Shown here: positions 1 to 13,240 of the stretch, in pieces
Numbering within the stretch: the stretch's first letter is position 1
Layout of the letters: the number at the start of each line of letters is the position of its first letter
DNA from: Mobula hypostoma
Taxonomy: Eukaryota
Direction: 5' to 3'
NCBI RefSeq assembly: GCF_963921235.1
Contig: NC_086108.1
Location: forward strand, 8,928,001-8,992,000
Length of the DNA: 64,000 nt
Made by a program: the position numbers and the translations under genes
Notes under the pieces: model-generated
Databases searched by the model: none
What the model was told of the DNA's origin: nothing
What the model saw: the letters and a program-made list of their open reading frames with translations, nothing else

Positions 1-544
1 GTGAAATTAAGTCTCGAAGGTGCAGGATGGTTGTGGCATGGTGTGTACAGGTTGAATAGAGGCAGCAAGGTTACTATGCTATTATGGATTTATTAAGTAT
101 GCCTACAAGAAATGAATCGCAGGGTTGTATTTGGTGTCTTCGAGCTTTATCACATGCACATAACCATGCAATGAAATGTACTGTTTGCACTAACAGCTAG
201 CACAGCCTACCATGTGCTGGGGGCAGCCTGCAAGTGTCGCCACACATTCCAGCACCAACATGGCATACCCACGACGTTTGGTAGAACAACACAAGCAGCC
301 ACAGTTCTTGCCTCCCATCCATGCACACTTACAGTCCTCCAATCCCCAGGGCAGTCTGTCTCCAGGCTCCAGCCTCCAGCAGACTTGGACTTGCAGACAT
401 TAGCCCTTCAACATCTGCCTGCAGTGGACTCGGAGATACCAGACTCTTGTCATTAGGCCTTGACTTCTAGACTGCCGATTGACCTCTGAGCTTTGATCTT
501 TAGAATTGACCTTGAACTCACCAATGTCGACAAATGACAGCCTT

Positions 545-1015
545 GGACGAGGATGCCAGCACTAGATCTCAAACTCTGGACTCATCGATGATAGGACCCC
601 AAACACTAGGCCTCAAACTCCAGACTCGCCAATGAGGGAATCCTGAACACTAGTCCTCGAACTCTGGACTCGTCGATGATAGGACCCCAAGCACTAGGCC
701 TCAAACTCCAGGCTCACCGTTGATGGGACCTCAAACATTGGGCCTCTAATTCCAGAATCACTGATGATGGGACCCCAAACACTATACCTCAAAATCCAGA
801 CTTGCCAATGATGAGACCCCGAACACTAGGCCTCACACTCTGGACTCGCGGAAGATGGGACCCTGAAAACTAGGCCTCACACTCTGGACTCGCGGAAGAT
901 GGGACCCTGAAAACTAGGCCTCAAAATCCAGATTTGCCGATGATGAGACCCTGAACACTAGGCCTCAAAATATGGACTTGCTGATGATGGGACTCCAAAC
1001 ACTAGGCTTCGAACT
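545..1015. repeat. Diverged ~44-bp minisatellite, about 11 copies
   Basis: Recurrent unit similar to gatgatgggaccccaaacactaggcctcaaactccagactcgcc. Confidence 0.85.
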
Positions 1016-2519
1016 TCAATCACATCGACTTGCATGGCAAGGGGGTCACCGGCCCTCATGCCTCCTGCCCAGAACACTGACGAGGACTCCCTAACCTAGG
1101 TTGGTGTTGGGGGTCCAGCCCTTGGCAGATGGCAGGATTTATCAACGTGAAACAGTATCAGAGAACCTTCAACGGTTTGGTTGAACAGTTGAAATCCCAG
1201 AGCAAAAAGCAGACCAAATATAGTGACAATGCCCTTTTAAATCTGGAATCTTTATCCCCGGAAATGTTGTGACTGGAAAGGAATGCAAGGCACAATAGCA
1301 GGAAATAGGACTGAGGGTTTAACCAGGGTGATATAATCTGTGTACGGCGTTAATCATTTGTACAGACCTCGGCAGAGGTTCAAAAGACAGACCTGCGTTT
1401 CTCCGGCACTTTTCCTCATCTCTGGAAGACACAGAATTCCCCACAGTTTGTGAAATGCAAATGAAGTCACTACCTCAAAGCTGCAGTGAGCCAAGGTCAT
1501 GGGATATGAAACAGGAAAGCCCAGGAAAAGGCCCTTCAGCCCATCACCTCTGTGCTGTACGTGATGCCTAATTAAACATCCCTTCTGCCTGCTCATAATT
1601 TGCATCATTCCGATCCCTGTCTATCTAACAGCCTCTTGAACACCTCTGATAATTCCATCTCCACCATCAGCCCAGCACATTCCATGTACCCAACGTTCTC
1701 AGAGCAACAAAACACGGGTCACTTTTAACCTTCCTCCCACTCACCTTGAAGCTGCGCTCTCTAATATTTGACACTTCTACTCAGGGACAGCATGGTGGCG
1801 GGGTGGAGAAGCAAATCATAAACATGGTTCTCCCTACGGCCAAGCGTTTCCATATCTCCAGGAACGGCCTGGAAGACAAGCTCCTTTGGGGAGCATCCCT
1901 GTAGATGACCCGGTTCCTCGCTGACTTCACCTACTGATGCGTCGTGGGAGACCGAAACATCGGGACAGCAGGCGGCGTGTGTTGCTATCGGGAGAAGGCC
2001 CCTCGAGCAATCCCCCTCTCTCTTTTGATGGAGAGTAAGAGCCTGTCGGTTCTCAAGTCAGGGAGCTTGAAGAAACAGTGGGGAAGATTGTAACGTTGGA
2101 ACAGCGCATTGCTGGTCTCTGTTCTCGTTTTTGCAGGAGGGCGACCTCTCTCTCTCGAGCCTGTCTGAGATATCGAAGTGCTGGGATGGATTGTAGTTTT
2201 TGATGGACTCTAGATCAAGGTTTCTTTGGGGGCTTTGCTATTCCTTCCATGGGGGTGGGTGGTGGGGACTGTGCTTCTCCTACCGCAAGTGGGGGAGAGG
2301 GAGGGGAGCTTTGGGATCATTCATTCCATGGGGTTTCTTGTTTCGTGGATGTCTGTGAAGAGCAAGAATTCCAGGTTTTATACTGCATATATCCTCTGAA
2401 TATATTACACTGACCCATTTGAGTCACATGATAGTCTGGAAATCCAGAGCAACACACACACCAAATGTTGGATGAACCAAGCAGGTCAGGCAACATCTTT
2501 AAAAATGCACAATGTGTTG

Positions 2520-2800
2520 GAGGAACTCAAGAGGTATGTCTTGGGCAAAGAAGGTGTCAGGTGCTCCTTCCCTCTGATAGCCTGCAGGTCACCCTTAGCA
2601 CCACCCCACCCCGATCAGGGTCACATGAAGCCATGGGAGCAGGTGGTGGCTGGTCGTATGAGCAGCCGGTGCAGATCACAAGTCCTGGTTATGTGACCAC
2701 TGACCCCAGGCAGACAATCTCTGCAGAGTATTGATAAAGGCTGGGGTCACCTGACTTCTAAAGACACTGTTCAGAAGGAGGCAATGGCAAACCACTTCTT
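2520..2800 (+). mobile_element. RTE-related short non-autonomous element (family A), partial
   Basis: Near-collinear with 18770-19150 and, in reverse, 15770-16160. Ends in gaaggaggcaatggcaaaccactt. Confidence 0.65.
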
Positions 2801-3499
2801 CCATTCAAGGGCACTGGCGTTTCCATACCAGGCCATGAGGCAACCAGTCAATACACTCTCCACAACACACCTATAGAAGTTTGCCAAAGTTTTAGACATC
2901 ATGCTGAATCTCTGTAAGCTCCGAAGGAAGTCGAGAGAAGGGAGGAGAATGGGGCTGAGGGGGATAATAAATCATCCATGATGGAATGGTGGAACAGTCT
3001 TGATGGGCCGGATGGCCTCATTATGCTCCTATGTGTGTGCTTATGAACCCAGATCGATGGCGACGTAAAGCATTGCGCTAACTACCATGCTACCGTGTGC
3101 ACCAAGTAACCCACCAACCCACGGTTTGGGATCCGGGAGGAAACCGGAATATCCAGAGGAAAATGAGGGAGCGTGCCAACTCCACATAGACAGTGGGCAA
3201 CGGCGCTGCTGTGGCACTTCATCGGATTGGACATCCAAGAGACTGTACAGTGGAATCCAAATTCCACTGGGGCAGAAGCCAGCTGGTGTTCCTGCCTTTC
3301 TGATGGCCCTGGCCCCACAATCCTCCTCCCAGATGGACATACAGATCCCAAATGAGGAGACCCTTGTCCATGAAGATTTTGCAATCAATTATCCCACCTC
3401 CACCCAGTGTCCTGAGATTCACAGCAAGCCAAAAACCCCCAGGGTTTAGGACAACATCACTCATCATCAGCAGGGAAGTCCAGACTTGGGAACAGACAA

Positions 3500-5590
3500 C
3501 TTCCATAATTTTAAGGTGATTGGAGGAAAGCACAGGAGGATGTCAATGGTGACACAGAGGTTGGTGAGTGTGTGTGGAATGCACTGCCGAGGTTGTGAGA
3601 GAGGGGTATTCAATAAACTTTTAGATAGGTACATGGAAGTTAGTCGATGAAGGCAAAGCAGTGGATGTTGTCTACATGGACTTTAGCTAGGCATTTGACA
3701 AGGTCCCACATGGGATGTTGGACAAGGAGGTTCAGTCGTTCGGTATTCAAGATGAGGTAGTAAATTGGATTAGACATTGGCTTAGTGGGAGAAGCCAGAG
3801 AGTGGTAGTAGATGGTTGCCTCTCTGACTGGAGACCTGTGACTAGTGGGGTGCCGTACGGATTGGTGCTGGGTTCATTGCTCTTCATCATCTATATGAAT
3901 GATCTAGACTAGAATAAGAGAAAGGATGTAACGTTGAGACATTATGAAGCATGGGTGAGGCCTCACAGAGTATTGAGAGCAGTTTTGGGCCCCTTATCTT
4001 AGAAAGGATGTGCTGAAACTGCAGATGGTTCATTGAAGGTTCATGAAAAGTGATTCCAGGATTGAATGGCTTATCATATGAAGAGTGTTTGATGGCTCTG
4101 GGCCTGTATTCACTAGAATTCAGAAGAATGAGGGGTGACCTCATTCAAAACTACAAGTGGTGAAAGGCCTTGATAGAGTGGATGTGCAGAGGATGTTTCC
4201 AATGGTGGGAGAGTCTAAGATCAGAGGACACAACCTCAGAATAAACGAGTGCCCTTTTAAAATGGAGATGAGAAGGAATTTCTTTAGCCAAAGTGTGGTG
4301 AATCTGTGGGATTCTTTGCCACAGGCAGCTGTGGAGACCAAGTCTTCTTGTATATTTAAGGCACAGGTTGATAGATTCTTGATTGGTCAGTGCATGAAGG
4401 GATACAGGGAGAAGGCAGGAAATTGGGCTGAGAGGAAAATTGGATCAGCCATGATGAAATGGCAGAGCAGACTCGATGGGCCAAATGGCCTAATTCTGCT
4501 CCCATCTTTTATGGTCATGTAATGTGATTAATTGGATCAGCAAACTTGAGTATGACACCAAGATTCAGGGTGTAGTGGACAGTGAGGAAGTCCATCAGAG
4601 CTTGCAGTGGGATCTGGACCGGCTGGAAAAATGGCAGGTGGAATTTAATGCAGACAAGTGTGAGGTTTTGCACATCAGCAGGACCAACCAGGGTAGCTCT
4701 TTACACACTGAATGGTAGGGCACCGAGAAGTGTGGTGGAACAACGCGATCTGAGAACACAGATCTGTGATTCATTGAAAGTGGCGTCATTGATAGATGGG
4801 GTCCTAAGGAAAGTTTTTGGCCCATTGGCCTGCATAAATCAAAGCACTGAGTACAGGAGATGGTATGTTATGTTGAAGTTGTATAAGACGTTGGTGAGGC
4901 CAAATTTGGAGTATTGTGTGCAGTTTTGGCCACCTACCTACAGAAAGGATGTAAATAAGTTTGAAAGAGTACAGAGAAAATTTACAAGGATGTTGTCGGG
5001 TCTGCAGGACCTGAGCTATAAGGAAAGATTGAATAGATTAGGACTTCATTCCTTGAAATGTAGAAGATTGAGAGGAGATTTGATAGAGGTATACAAAATT
5101 ATGAGGGGTATAGACAGGGTAAATGCATGCAGCCTTTTTCCACTGTGGTTGGGTGGGGCTACAACCAGAGGTCATGGGTTAAAGGTAAAAGGTGAAAAGT
5201 TTAAGGGGAACCTGAGGGGAAACTTCTTCACTCCGAGGGTGGTGAGAATGTGAAATGAGCTGCCAGCACAAGTGATGGTTGCAGGTTCGATTTCAACATT
5301 TGGACATTTGAAATTTGGATGGTTACATGGATGGGAGAGGCACAGAGAGATACGGTCTGGGTGCAGGTTGATGGGAAAACTGTGGAATGAACTGCCAGTA
5401 CAAGTGGTGCATACGAGCTTGATTTCAATGTTTAAGTGAAGTTTGGATAGGTACATGGATGGCAGGGGTATGGAGGACTATGGTCCTGATGTGGGTCGAT
5501 GGGAGAAAGCAGTTTAAATGGTTCAGCATGGACTAGATGGGCCAAAAGGCCTGTTCCTGTGTTGTACTTCTCTATGGCTCTATGACATGG
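3500..5590 (+). mobile_element. Decayed CR1 LINE ORF2 3' region with a second CR1 3' fragment nested at ~3910-4520
   Basis: RT motifs AFDKVPH and [19 protein letters not shown] stop at ~3910 and resume at ~4522. The CR1 C-terminus follows (LYKTLVRPNLEYCVQFW, RGDLIEVYKIMRG, TRGH). Confidence 0.85.
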
Positions 5591-5669
5591 ATGAAAGAAA
5601 ATTGGAGGGCTATTTGGTAAATTATAAACACAATTCTGATGGAGGGGCTTGGCCTGAAATGCTGACTTG

Positions 5670-6330
5670 ACAGCTAGTTGAGTAGTGTTGTAGCAACAAC
5701 CTTGAACTCAACGTTAGCAAGTCCATTGAGCTAATTGTGGACTTCAGAAAGGGTAAGATGAGGGAACACACATTAGTCCTCATAGAGGGATCAGAAATGG
5801 AGAGAGTGAGCAATTACAAGTTCCTCAGTGTCAATAACCTGGACTCAACACTTCGATACAGCTACAAAGAAGGCAAGACAGCAGCGGTATTTCCCTAGAG
5901 TGTGAGGCGATTTGATTTGTCACCTAAAGCACTAGAAAATTTCTACAGATGTACCGTGGAGAGCATTCTGACAGGCTGCATCACCGTCTGGTACGGCATG
6001 GGTGGGGGGGCTACTGCTCAGGATCGAAGTAAGCTGCAGAGAGTTGTAAACTCAGTCAGCTCCATCATGGGTACCAGACTCCATAGTGTCCAGGACATCT
6101 TCAAGGAGCGATGTCACAGGAAGGTGATGTCCATCCTTAAGGACCCCCACCACCCCTCTTTTCATTGTTACCATCAGGGAGGAGGTACAGGAGCCTGAGG
6201 CACACACTCAACGATTCAGGAACAGCTTCTTCCCCTCTGCCATCAGTTTTCTGAATGGACATTGAACCCATGAACACTACCCCACTACTTTTTTTAATTT
6301 CTGTTTTTGCACTACTAATTTAACTTAGTT
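5670..6330 (+). mobile_element. Rex1/Babar-type LINE 3' fragment
   Basis: Encodes LENFYRCTVESILTGCITVWYG...LQRVV, the C-terminal segment typical of Rex1/Babar ORFs. Confidence 0.75.
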
Positions 6331-6342
6331 ATTACATATATA

Positions 6343-6812
6343 GAACATAGAATAGTGCAGCACAGTACAGGCCCTTCGGCCCACAATGTTGTGCCAACCC
6401 TCAAACCCTGCCTCCCATATAACCCCCCACCTTAGATTCCTCCATATACCTGTCTAGTAGTCTCTTAAACTTCACTAGTGTATCTGCCTCCACCACTGAC
6501 TCAGGCAGTGCATTCCACGCACCAACCACTCTCTGAGTGAAAAACCTTCCTCTAATATCCCCCTTGAACTTCCCACCCCTTACCTTAAAGCCATGTCCTC
6601 TTGTATTGAGCAGTGGTGCCCTGGGGAAGAGGCGCTGGCTGTCCACTCTATCTATTCCTCTTATTACCTTGTACACCTCTATCAAGTCTCCTCTCATCCT
6701 CCTTCTCTCCAAAGAGTAAAGCCCTAGCTCCCTTAATCTCTGATCATAATGCATACTTTCTAAACCAGGCAGCATCCTGGTAAATCTCCTCTGTACCCTT
6801 TCCAATGCTTCC
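6343..6812 (-). mobile_element. Young CR1 LINE 3' fragment
   Basis: Uninterrupted [20 protein letters not shown]...RGDLIEVYKVIRG...FFTQRVVGAWNALP. Short-repeat tail (atagaac on the + strand). Flanked by an acatatata direct repeat. Confidence 0.88.
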
Positions 6813-7069
6813 ACATATATAATTACTTAATTCTGTTTTTTTAAATATGGCACAACAGCTGCTGCATTACAAGAAATTTCATGACAAATGTCGGTGATAT
6901 TAATCCTGATTCTAATTCTGTTTATTCATTTGCATAGATGTTGCCTGATCTGCTGAGTTCCTCCAGCATTTTGTGTGTGTTGCTCTGGAGAGTTATGTGG
7001 CCGAAGAAGGGTTAGATTGATCTTAGAGAAGATTAAAAGGTTGTCACAACATCATGAAACTCTGTCATA

Positions 7070-7310
7070 GATGGTCCCAAGCCCAACTGTGAACGGAGGA
7101 GGGTTGGGCATAGGGCTAGCAAACCCATCCCGTAAAATCCTGGAGCTACAGAAACACCAAGAGAAGCTCCGAAGATCTCATTCCTGGGAGAGGAAGGGTA
7201 CACCAAGAAGATGGTCTACACCTGGGGATAACATGAAAGACTGAGGCCCAGGACAGAGGTCTCTGGTGAGCTGCCATCGCCCGGTAAGTGTGTTGGGCTT
7301 AAGAAGAAGA
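7070..7310 (+). mobile_element. RTE-related short element (family B); related copy at ~8755-8930
   Basis: Both loci share agaagctccgaagayct...cctgggagaggaagg and ggcccag.acagagg...ggtgagctgc. Tail is aagaagaaga. Confidence 0.5.
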
Positions 7311-7369
7311 AAACACCATCATGGCGATAGCTTCCGTTTTGTGCTACAAAGTTCAAAATACATTTTGTT

Positions 7370-8460
7370 ATCATAGTTCATATATGTCACCATAAACAAC
7401 AGTGAGATTAATTTTCCTGTGGGCATACTCAATAAATCTATAGAACAATAGCTGTAACAGGATCAATGAAAGATCAACCAGAGTGCAGAAGATAGAAACT
7501 GTGCAAATGCAAATATAAATAAATAGCAATAAAGAACAAGAACATGAGATAATGAGATAAAGAGTCCTTAAAGTGAGATCATTGGTTGTGGGAACATCTC
7601 AATGGATGGGCAAGTGAGTGTAGTTATCCCCTTTGTTCAGGAGCCTGATGGTTGAGGGGTAGTAGCTGTTGATGAACCCTGTGGTGTGAGTCCTGAGACT
7701 TCAGTACTTTGTAACTGATGGCAGCAGCAAGAAGAGAGCATGGCCTGGGTGGTGGGGATCTCTGACGATGGATGCTGCTTTCCAGTGACAGCGTTTCATG
7801 TAGGTGTGCTCAGTGGTTGGGAGGGCTTTACTCGTGATGGGCTGGGCTGAACCCACCTACCTTTTTTCCATTCAAAGATGTAATAAATAAATAAGCAATA
7901 AGCATCAAGAACGTGAGATGAACAGTCCTCAAAAGTGAGTCCATAGGTTGTGGAAACACTTCGATGATGGGGTAAGTGGAGTGAAGTTATCCCCACTGGT
8001 TCAAGAGCCTGATGGCTGAGGGGTAGTAATTGTTTTCTGAACCTGGTGGTGTGACCCTGAGGCTCCTGTACCTTCTTCCTGATGGCAGCAGTGAGAAGAG
8101 AGCAAGGCCTGCTTGGAGGGGGTCCCTGATGATGGATGTTTCTTTCCTGCAACATTGTTGTCTTTACCCTGCATGTACTTGACCATATCCACTACTTTTT
8201 GTAGGATTTTCTGTTCAAGGGCATTGGTGTTTCCATACCCAGACGACAATGCAACTACTCAGTATACTCTCCACTACACATCTATAGAAGTTTGTCAAAG
8301 TTTTAGATGTCACGCTGAACCTACGTCGACGCCTCAGGAAGCAGGGGTGCTAGCGTGCATTCTTCACAATCGCATTTACGAGCTGGGTCCGGGACAGGTC
8401 CTCTGAAATAGCAACACTCAGGAATTTAAAGTTGCTGACCCTCTCAACCTCTGATCCTAT
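7370..8460 (-). mobile_element. Two adjacent Rex1/Babar LINE 3' fragments
   Basis: Reverse strand encodes GNTNALEQKILQKVV and carries the same 3' UTR as the copies at 22130-22815 and 53460-54210. Confidence 0.7.
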
Positions 8461-10034
8461 TGTACTGTTCTATGTGGAAAAAAAAGTGCGGTGAGCGCAG
8501 AGCTGTTGAACAAGGCTTGTTTTATTTCAGAATCCAATTACGTAAGATACATTGTAATAAAACTATAAATCAGATCAGGCAGAATATCCAATGAGTAAAA
8601 AATCTTATAACACAAAGACAGAGCGAGTGTTCATCATCCTGTGCACAGAGGGTGAAATGTTGCCATTACTCGGTGAAATATACTTTACTGACTATAAGAT
8701 AAACTGGACTGTTAAACATTAGCGCTCCCTAACAGTGGGACTACAGCACTGCCGACAGAAGCTCCGAAGACCTCCTCTCCTGGGAGAGGAAGGATCTTCG
8801 CCTGGAAGACAGATGAAGTCATGTGGCGAAAGCTGAAGTCTTCTCTCGGCCCAGCACAGAGGACGCCGGTGAGCTGCTTGTCGGCAGCCTACGTCCCGGT
8901 AGGGCCGATGGGCCGGGGAAGAGGAAGAATAGTCGGACTGCTTGGCACAACATTTACTATTTACATTTTACTCGTCATTCTCCTTAAATCCTGTGGCTGG
9001 CGGCGGGCGGGGGTCCGGAGAAGGGATGCGGAAGATTGGAACATTGGAGCAGTGGGCTGCTGGCCTCTGCTCTTGTTGTTGCAGGAGCGACCCCTCTCTG
9101 ATGAAGGAGAGAGAGAGCTTGTCTGGGATCCTGGTTTTGGTTTGTGGAGTGTAGTTTTTGGTGAATGAGATCTAGGACTCTTTGGGGGGCTTTTGCTATT
9201 GCTTGCATGGAGTGGGGGGGGTCGGTGCTTTTGCTGGGTTCAAGTGGGAGGAGGGGAAGGGGAACTTTGATGCCACTTGTGTGCGGGGAGCGGTCCTTTG
9301 GGGTTCTGATGTTTCCGTCATTCATTCTTTGTTTTTTTTTTGTTTCGTGGATGTCTGCGAGGAGTAAGAATTTCAGGGTGCATACTGTATACATTCCCTG
9401 AGATTAAACTGAACCATCTGAAACTCCCCACTGAACCGACCTGCTCTCTGGGAGTTCGCAACTCCTGTGCAGGGAGCAGAGATTTAATGTGAGTGCTGGA
9501 CGAGTGAGGGGCAGGGGAACGGGTGTGTAAGGATTTCCCATTATTCCAGGCAGATCTGGGGCTCACAGACTGAGAAAGTGTTGGAGAAGCCCATTCAATA
9601 CATTAAAGGAACCCAGGTGGGAAGCTGCTGAGCTGTGGACTACAGGCTTCAAACCAAGAGTTAATTTTTTTGGTTGGCATTGATTTGATGGGCTGAATGG
9701 CCTCGATTGTCCTTCAACTTTAGTCAAGTCTGGGAGTAATCACAGTCAAGAGCTAAGACTGCAGAACATTTATTAGGGCTTTTAAAATATTCATTAGTTT
9801 GAAAGTTACTAGTAAAATATATTTGGGGAAACAAATGGAAAACAGCATAAAATGACAGCTGTCGTATAATTGGATAACGATGAAGGAAGCTGGTTTTCCA
9901 GTTGGCTGTAGAGGAGCCAATGGTAGAAGCCTGGGAGGTGGGGTGGCATGGAGCCTCAGGCAACCAATGGTGGGCCAGTGAGGAAAAGGACAATGGGAGG
10001 CTGGTCCATGTGGAGGTGGTGACCCTGATAAATA

Positions 10035-10470
10035 AGACATAGGAGCAGAATTAGGCCATTCAGCCCATTGAGTCTGCTCTGCCATTCCACCATGGCTGAT
10101 TTAGTATCTCTCTCAACCCCATTCTCCTACCTTCTCCACGTAACCTTTAACATCCTGACTAATCAAGAATCTATTAACATCTGCTTTAAACATACTCAAT
10201 GATTTGGCTTCCACAGCCACCTGCGGAATGAATTCCACAGATTCATCACCCTGTAGCAAAAGAAATTCCTCCTCATCTCTGTTCTGAAGGGAAATTCTTG
10301 TATTCTCAGGCTGTGCCCTCTGATCCGAGACTCCCTCACTACAGCAAACATCCTCTCCACTTCCACACTATATTCGATAGGTTTCAATGAAATTCCACTG
10401 CTTTCTTCTAAACTCCAGCAAATATACGCCCAAACCTATCAAACGCTCTTCATGTGTTAACCTTTTCATT
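10035..10470 (-). mobile_element. CR1 LINE 3' fragment
   Basis: Encodes RGHSLRIQ..FRTEMRRNFF..RVMNLWN, followed by a CR1-type 3' UTR. Confidence 0.8.
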
Positions 10471-10679
10471 CCCAAGATGACCCTTGTTGGATGTGTCCAT
10501 TTGCTGCTTACTAGAACATCGATAACTGTGGGGAATTGTACGGCTCAGATCCTGCCCCAGCTGGGAGAACTGGTGGTCCCAGAGATAATAAAAGGGTTTG
10601 GGAGAAAGTGGCAGGAGTGAGGAAATGGAAATCACCTCTTCCAATTAAAGACAGGAGGTCCAAAAGCTTAACACTCAAG

Positions 10680-11330
10680 GCAATGTAAGATTAAGAAGGC
10701 ATGTGGTGTGTTGGCCTTCATTAGTCGGGGTACTGAATTCAAGAGGTAATGTTGCAACTCTCTAAATCCCTGGTTAGCTCAATACAACTCTAGATAGACC
10801 ACACTTGGAGCATTGTGTTCAATTCTAGTCGCCCCATTATAGGAAGGATATGGAAGCTTTCGAGAGAGAGTACAGAGAAGATTTACCAGGATGCTGCCTG
10901 GATCAGAGAGCATGTCTTATGAGGATAGGTTGAGTGAGCTAGGGCTTTTCCCTTTGGAGTGTAGAAGGCTGAGAGCTGACTCAATAGAGGTGTATGAGGC
11001 ATGGGTAAAGTGGGTAGCCAGAGACTTTTCCCCAGGGCAGAAATGGCTACTACAAGGGGGGATAATTTGAAGGTGTTTGGAGGAAAGTGTAGGGGGAGTT
11101 GTCGGAGGTAGTTTTTTTTTACACAGAGAGTGGTGGGTGTGTGGAACACCCTGCCAGGGGTGGTCGTAGAGGCAGAGACATTAGGGACAGTTAAGAAACT
11201 TGTAGCTAGACACATGGATGATAGAAAAATGGAAGGGAAGGGTTAGATTGGCTCTTGGAGTAGCATAAATAGTTGGCACAACATTGTAAGCTAAAGGGCC
11301 TGTATTGTGTTGTATTGATCTACGTTCTAC
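10680..11330 (+). mobile_element. CR1 LINE 3' fragment
   Basis: Decayed RPHLEHCVQF / RFTRMLPG / FFTQRVVGVWN coding segments and a CR1 tail. Confidence 0.8.
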
Positions 11331-11354
11331 AGTATGGTTCTTTAAGGTTATTAT

Positions 11355-11725
11355 AGCTGGGGGCTGGTAATGGGGACCAGCTCTCACTACTTACTAAATG
11401 TTCCCAATGGTGTGCACCTCAAATAGCCTCTGACAACCAAGTGCAGCTCCTGGCCTTCAAATGTGGTTTAGCCACTAAGCCCTGCAGAACCATTTCTACT
11501 GACAGGAGTAGAGGCAAAGGCGGATTACTGGTGCCTTAAAACCAGTTGCTTTGGACAGATGGGGCTTATCGGTGTCTGCCATTCCTTTGGATTCATCAGC
11601 TGCGTGGAGAGGGGGGGCTTGCTGCGTGGGCAACGGCCTGCTATCGTACAGCCCTGGCTTACGTGTTATTTAGACAGCTGGGTCACAACATCCACGGTCG
11701 ACCCCGACCGACGGAAGGCCTCTGT
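11355..11725 (+). mobile_element. Putative RTE-related short element, internally deleted
   Basis: GC-rich segment resembling fish RTE 5'-UTR-derived repeats. Recognised by resemblance only; there is no second copy in the window. Confidence 0.35.
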
Positions 11726-12059
11726 CCCTCTCTCTATAATCCGTACCAAGCGGTGATGATGTGTGATGTCACACTGGAGAAGCCAATGGTGATGCATTGA
11801 CTTTGTTCACTGTGAACATCATCTCCACCACGACTCATGGCCGTAGGGTTTATGAAAACAGGTCGGTGTTCCCTCACTCTTCACTACATACTACCCTCGA
11901 GGGTAAAGTCCTGATGATCTCAACCAAAACCAGCAGTGGAAATTCTTAAAATCTCTACACTGACAGACGAGCATGCACATGGGCAAGACATGAAATCTCC
12001 AACTTCGAACCTTGATATACACGAACATAACGCAGCACTTTAGGCTGGACTGACCTGGA

Positions 12060-12402
12060 GAGATACATTGGCTGGAGTCAGGGCTTTATGCCTTGGTTCT
12101 TGGTAGGGTCACCCATGCCAAACAGGTCAAAGGGTAGAGGTCAGTCAAAGGGTGGTCCACCGGCTCTCTAGTCTCAGGGCTAACAACCTGACTGGCAAAA
12201 CAGAACTGTTATGGAAACAGCAATGAAGAATCCTTGTGCTTCTGAGTGTGATGGTATTCCTGAGTCTCCAGCCAGGATTTGCATGACTGACAGTAGTGAA
12301 AACTGAGAGGAAGCTACTGACATGATGAAGGAAGCCCTGAACACCACCAGAGATGGAGGACCTTCACTGCTGCCCTAAACGTAATGGGCAGTTTAAGTAA
12401 GT
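12060..12402 (+). mobile_element. RTE-related short element (family C)
   Basis: Collinear with 17440-17851 (ttggctggagt.agggctttatg...gggtcacccatgccaaacaggtcaaagggtagag...gctgccctaaa) and has a (taag)n tail. Confidence 0.7.
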
Positions 12403-12826
12403 TAGTGCTAGATGCTTGGGAAAGAATATACTCTTTTCTGCTTACACGGGGTGGGTGGAGAACAGACTGTGAGGATGTCAGGGCAGAACCACAGCCGAGG
12501 GTCAAATAAGCCAGGTCTTCAGCTTTGGAGAAAGGAGAGATTGAAGAATTCAAGGCGCAGCAGTGAACTAACAGTGGATATCGGAGAACTCATCAGGTTG
12601 GGCAGCATCTGAGGAGGGAGAGGGAATTGACATTTCAGGGTGATGGCCCTTCCTTAGAGAGTTCTGACAGAGGCGGGAACACCAGAGAGCGTAGATGCTG
12701 GAACATGGGACAACACACAAAGCCAAGGAAGAATTCAGTGGGTCAAGATGGTCGACATTTTGGGTCAGTCCTGACAAAATAGCTTGACCTTTGACCCGAG
12801 ATGTCGACTGTCCATTTCCCTCATAG

Positions 12827-12827
<1 letters not shown>

Positions 12828-12870
<43 letters not shown>
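12828..12870. repeat. (GT)n microsatellite
   Basis: About 21 perfect GT units. Confidence 0.95.
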
Positions 12871-12874
<4 letters not shown>

Positions 12875-12929
12875 CTGATAGAGCAGTCACTGGTCTGAAA
12901 CGTCAACTCTCTTGGTGTTGGACACACAC

Positions 12930-13240
12930 CGTATCAGGAAATGCACAGGAGGCTTGACCCAAACATAGAGCAGTGGACATGATTCAGCGGTGAGCGATCG
13001 CTTTAATAATTAACTGCAAAATAACAAAGCCAAAACAAGAGAGAAGGGATACTTAAACACGACGAGGCAACAAGGTAACTGAAGGTTAGGAGTAACTGGT
13101 TGAGGCTGGCTGGGTCGATGGGTGGACAAGGACCGTGGATGAGCGCTGTGTTTAATAGGCTGCAGGTGATGGGTTGGGAACGAGTAGCGGGTGACTCCTA
13201 TTAGCTGGGTGGGGACTGGGAGGTGCCTGTACAGGCCTGA
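12930..13240 (-). mobile_element. Possible solo LTR
   Basis: About 310 bp. Ends are tcagg...cctga inverted. A TATA-like tattaaac and an ATTAAA occur in LTR order on the minus strand. Confidence 0.3.

Noticed and set aside
11570..11600. Hammerhead on the minus strand (ctgatgaatccaaaggaatggcagacacc)
   Set aside because: CTGATGA is present, but GAAA is replaced by GACA and I could not build consistent stems I and III.
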